This document shows, in pieces, positions 15,132 through 18,111 of a stretch of 18,111 nt of DNA; position 1 is the first letter of the stretch; each line of letters opens with the position of its first letter. The notes under the pieces were generated by a model. The model saw only the letters and a program-made list of their open reading frames with translations, ran no database searches and was not told where the DNA came from. The stretch is taken from assembly GCA_039802265.1 (NCBI GenBank), contig JBDRWI010000047.1, forward strand, positions 1-18,111, in the 5' to 3' direction. Position numbers and translations under genes: made by a program. This stretch comes from a candidate division WOR-3 bacterium (GTDB lineage Bacteria > Hydrothermota > Tepidihabitantia > SM23-42 > JAOAFX01).

Positions 15132-16760
15132 ATGTTAGCGATTACCTTTTTACTAATAGCTCAATTATGTCGCACATCAGGGTATATTGATATTCCTACG
15201 GTGCCACAGTATAATGTTAAAGGGATGTTTGGAGGTAGTGTTGTTCTTTCTCTTCCTATGTTCAACGACGACCCAAACCCAAACGATAATATATCGGTTG
15301 ACCCAGCAGATTTTGATATGGCTTTTAAGTATGGATTTGGTAGAACTGAACTTGCCCTTTCAATGTTTACGCTAAACACCTATGTAGCAAGTGTTTCTCA
15401 CCTCATTAAACCCGAAAAGGAAAATTTCCCAGCAATATTTGCCGGAATAGATGATATTTCATATAATAAACATATTTCTACTTTAGGAATGGGTGGCAAT
15501 GATGGGACGATTGAGGAATATTCTTATGCCCGGTCAGGGGGTGGTAGAGTATGGGAGTTATTTTCAGCATACATTGCAATGCAGAAGTCGTTTGGGAAAT
15601 ACTCCAATTTTGTCCTTGGACTTGGTCGGGGTAGATTCGTTGGCAATAGCTGGCGTAGTCATTTATTTAATACTGACATCTTTATACTGGGAGAAGACTA
15701 TAGTAGGAAGCAACACTCCTGGTGGGTTTTGGGTGTTTTTATGGGAGGCGCAGTTAAATTTCCCTTCGGTCTCGAGGTTTCTGTAGAAATGGATGGTAGG
15801 GATGCTAACTTGGGAATGAAATATCATACACCTTACGTTACTGCAACATTGGCATTATGCAAAGTTGAATATTTGGGTAATTTTCGTCCTTGGAGTCCAC
15901 GCTGGACATTTGGTCTTGAAGCGAATAACGGTCCGACACTCGCGGCACCGAGGACCGGTTTAATAACCTGCGAAATTAAAGACAATACAACCAAGGTTCT
16001 TTTACCAAACTGTATAATAGATATAAAGGAAATTAACAAGCGCTATCGGGCGCCTAATGGTACATTCAGTCTGAATCTACCAGCGGGTAATTATACAATT
16101 ACGGTTTCTACCCCCAATTATGAGGATTATATCGCAAAAATCTCGGTTAAGCCCGGAGTAAAGAGTAAACTGATTTTTAATATGAAAAAGACCGAAGAGG
16201 CAATAAAAATTGAAATTGCAGCCCGGGAAAGAGAAAAGAGTATAAATACCTATTTAAGTCAAGGGAAGATTTATTTTTCTGAAGGGAACCTCCGGGAGGC
16301 AAAGAAGGCATTTGAGATGGTCCTGGCATTGGATCCGGATAACGCTGAGGCAAAGCAGTATCTCGGTAATATTGAGACAAGACGCAATGAATTAATATCT
16401 ACCTATCTTTCTGAGGCAAAGATAAAGGAGGAGGCAAAGGATTATAAAGGGGCAATGGAATTATACCAGAAAGTTCTTGACCTTGATCCTGAAAACGCCG
16501 ACGCAACAAAGGCAATATCACAGCTTAAAGACAAGACAGCAAAGAAACCGAAACCAGAGACAAAACCACCCGCAAAAAAGGCTACTCCCGAGGAGATTGA
16601 GGCACTCTATAAAAAGGGCGTAAGTTATTTTGCCACAGGAAAGTATGACGAGGCGTTGAAGTTATTTAATCAGGTTCTGGCGCTTGACCCAAATCACAAA
16701 GGTGCCAAGGATTATAAACGGAGAACCGAGGCAAGAATTAAGGCAATCAAGGGTGGATAG
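15132..16760 (+). CDS. Exported protein: putative beta-barrel N-terminal region + PEGA/carboxypeptidase-regulatory-like domain + TPR repeats
   Basis: Short hydrophobic N-terminus; Gly/aromatic-rich amphipathic strands; NGTFSLNLPAGNYTITVSTPNYEDY; three TPR blocks ending VLALDPDN, VLDLDPEN and VLALDPNH; Lys/Pro linker. Confidence 0.72.
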   Translation: MLAITFLLIAQLCRTSGYIDIPTVPQYNVKGMFGGSVVLSLPMFNDDPNPNDNISVDPADFDMAFKYGFGRTELALSMFTLNTYVASVSHLIKPEKENFPAIFAGIDDISYNKHISTLGMGGNDGTIEEYSYARSGGGRVWELFSAYIAMQKSFGKYSNFVLGLGRGRFVGNSWRSHLFNTDIFILGEDYSRKQHSWWVLGVFMGGAVKFPFGLEVSVEMDGRDANLGMKYHTPYVTATLALCKVEYLGNFRPWSPRWTFGLEANNGPTLAAPRTGLITCEIKDNTTKVLLPNCIIDIKEINKRYRAPNGTFSLNLPAGNYTITVSTPNYEDYIAKISVKPGVKSKLIFNMKKTEEAIKIEIAAREREKSINTYLSQGKIYFSEGNLREAKKAFEMVLALDPDNAEAKQYLGNIETRRNELISTYLSEAKIKEEAKDYKGAMELYQKVLDLDPENADATKAISQLKDKTAKKPKPETKPPAKKATPEEIEALYKKGVSYFATGKYDEALKLFNQVLALDPNHKGAKDYKRRTEARIKAIKGG

Positions 16761-16841
16761 ATAAATTATCTGAATTACTTACAAGCACCAAGCAAATTTA
16801 GTTTTTTCATTCTGACATAGTGAGCGATATACATTCTTATT

Positions 16842-17900
16842 ATGTATAAAATTTTGATTACCGGAACAGCTGGATTTATCGGCTTTCATCTGGTCCAGAG
16901 ACTCGCTCAAAAAGATTATCATATAATCGGTCTCGATAATATCAATGACTACTATGATGTCAATTTGAAGTATGACCGTCTTCGTGAATCGGGTATAGAA
17001 AGAGCGGCGATTGAATATAACAGATTGATTCAGAGTGATAAATTCTCCAACTATAGTTTTATAAAAATCAATCTGGAGGATAGGGAAAACCTTCGGAAAC
17101 TATTTGAAAACTACAAATTTGATTATGTAATTCACCTTGCTGCCCAGGCTGGCGTCAGGTATAGTCTCATCAATCCCTATGCCTATCTGGATAGTAATCT
17201 CTACGGATTTTTGAATATCCTTGAGGGCTGTCGTCATTTTAAGGTAAAACATCTGGTCTTTGCATCATCAAGTTCAGTTTATGGTGCAAATACAAAGATG
17301 CCCTTTTCAGTGCATCAGAATGTTGACCATCCAATTTCTCTTTATGGTGCTACAAAGAAGGCGAATGAATTGATGGCGCACACCTATTCAGCGCTCTTCA
17401 ATATCCCCGCTACCGGATTGAGATTCTTTACGGTTTATGGTCCATGGGGCAGACCGGATATGGCGGTCTTCATTTTTACTAAATCAATTATTGAGGGAAA
17501 AGCGATTGATGTCTATAACTACGGAAATATGGAACGGGATTTTACATATATTGACGATATCATTGAAGGAGTTGTAAGATTAATAGAGAAAATTCCAGAG
17601 TCCAATCCTAACTGGTGTGGTGACGAGCCCGACCCCGCATCGAGTTTTGCACCATATAAATTATACAATATTGGTAATCACAATCCGGTGAGACTCAGCC
17701 GGCTCATTGAAATTATTGAAGGGTGTTTGGGTAAGGCGGCAATTAAGAATTTTCTGCCAATTCAACCGGGCGATGTTCTAAAGACCTATGCAGATGTGGA
17801 TGATTTGATGAATGAGGTTGGATTTAAACCCAAAACTCCGATTGAGGAGGGAATAGCGAGGTTTGTTCAGTGGTTTCGGTGGTATTATAAGGTATCCTAA
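16842..17900 (+). CDS. NAD-dependent epimerase, UDP-glucuronate 4-epimerase (CapI/LpsL-like)
   Basis: [77 protein letters not shown]. Confidence 0.95.
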   Translation: MYKILITGTAGFIGFHLVQRLAQKDYHIIGLDNINDYYDVNLKYDRLRESGIERAAIEYNRLIQSDKFSNYSFIKINLEDRENLRKLFENYKFDYVIHLAAQAGVRYSLINPYAYLDSNLYGFLNILEGCRHFKVKHLVFASSSSVYGANTKMPFSVHQNVDHPISLYGATKKANELMAHTYSALFNIPATGLRFFTVYGPWGRPDMAVFIFTKSIIEGKAIDVYNYGNMERDFTYIDDIIEGVVRLIEKIPESNPNWCGDEPDPASSFAPYKLYNIGNHNPVRLSRLIEIIEGCLGKAAIKNFLPIQPGDVLKTYADVDDLMNEVGFKPKTPIEEGIARFVQWFRWYYKVS

Positions 17901-18106
17901 TTGGGCAGGTCAAAATCCAGCAAGACATCAACACTGAGAATTATCAGTTTCGTCTGCTCATTAATATTGGATGATAAATCTTGGATTAGTTTTTTGTATA
18001 GGAATTTGAAAAGCATGTCCTGATGAAAATCAGGATTCCTATACAATGGTAATGAAATTTTTCATTATAGTTAAAAAAAACCACAAGATATTCAGGGGAG
18101 GATGAT

Positions 18107-18111
18107 ATGAA
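18107..18111 (+). CDS. Probable start of a gene truncated by the window edge
   Basis: SD GGAGG 18097-18101 followed by ATG at 18107; nothing more is visible. Confidence 0.4.

Noticed and set aside
444..16380. Numerous 60-110 aa ORFs nested in or antisense to the long genes
   Set aside because: Shadow frames of well-supported CDSs with no motifs or independent expression signals.
18005..18060. Hammerhead ribozyme (CTGATGA and GAAA present)
   Set aside because: The three stems and cleavage triplet cannot be arranged around these motifs; CTGATGA lies inside a simple hairpin.

Overview
AT-rich diderm bacterial chromosome segment. LptD plus a FlgD-Ig/T9SS-like C-terminal sorting domain loosely suggest an FCB-related lineage such as WOR-3 (inference only). 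Gene order: FG-GAP repeat secreted protein (+); ~1 kb non-coding interval; ftsK (-); a divergent three-gene operon encoding an unknown 279-aa protein and two paralogous BrxD/DUF2791-type P-loop ATPases (+); VOC-family protein (+); lptD-like (-); degenerate cyclase-STAND-TPR protein, cdd and deoB (-); stand-alone Lrp/AsnC ligand-binding protein (-); outer-membrane/TPR protein (+); UDP-glucuronate 4-epimerase-like (+). Best novelty candidates: (1) the tandem DUF2791 ATPase module, which lacks BREX/Shango partner genes and whose second ATPase carries an N-terminal PcrA/UvrD-CTD-like Tudor motif; (2) a perfect orphan promoter, boxA-like site, long leader and single CRISPR-like repeat with no cas genes in the window; (3) a uniform 16-bp-spacer promoter class, several apparently leaderless; (4) an apparently inactive cyclase-STAND-TPR protein inside a nucleoside-salvage operon. 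All family assignments come from motif recognition by eye; no searches were run.
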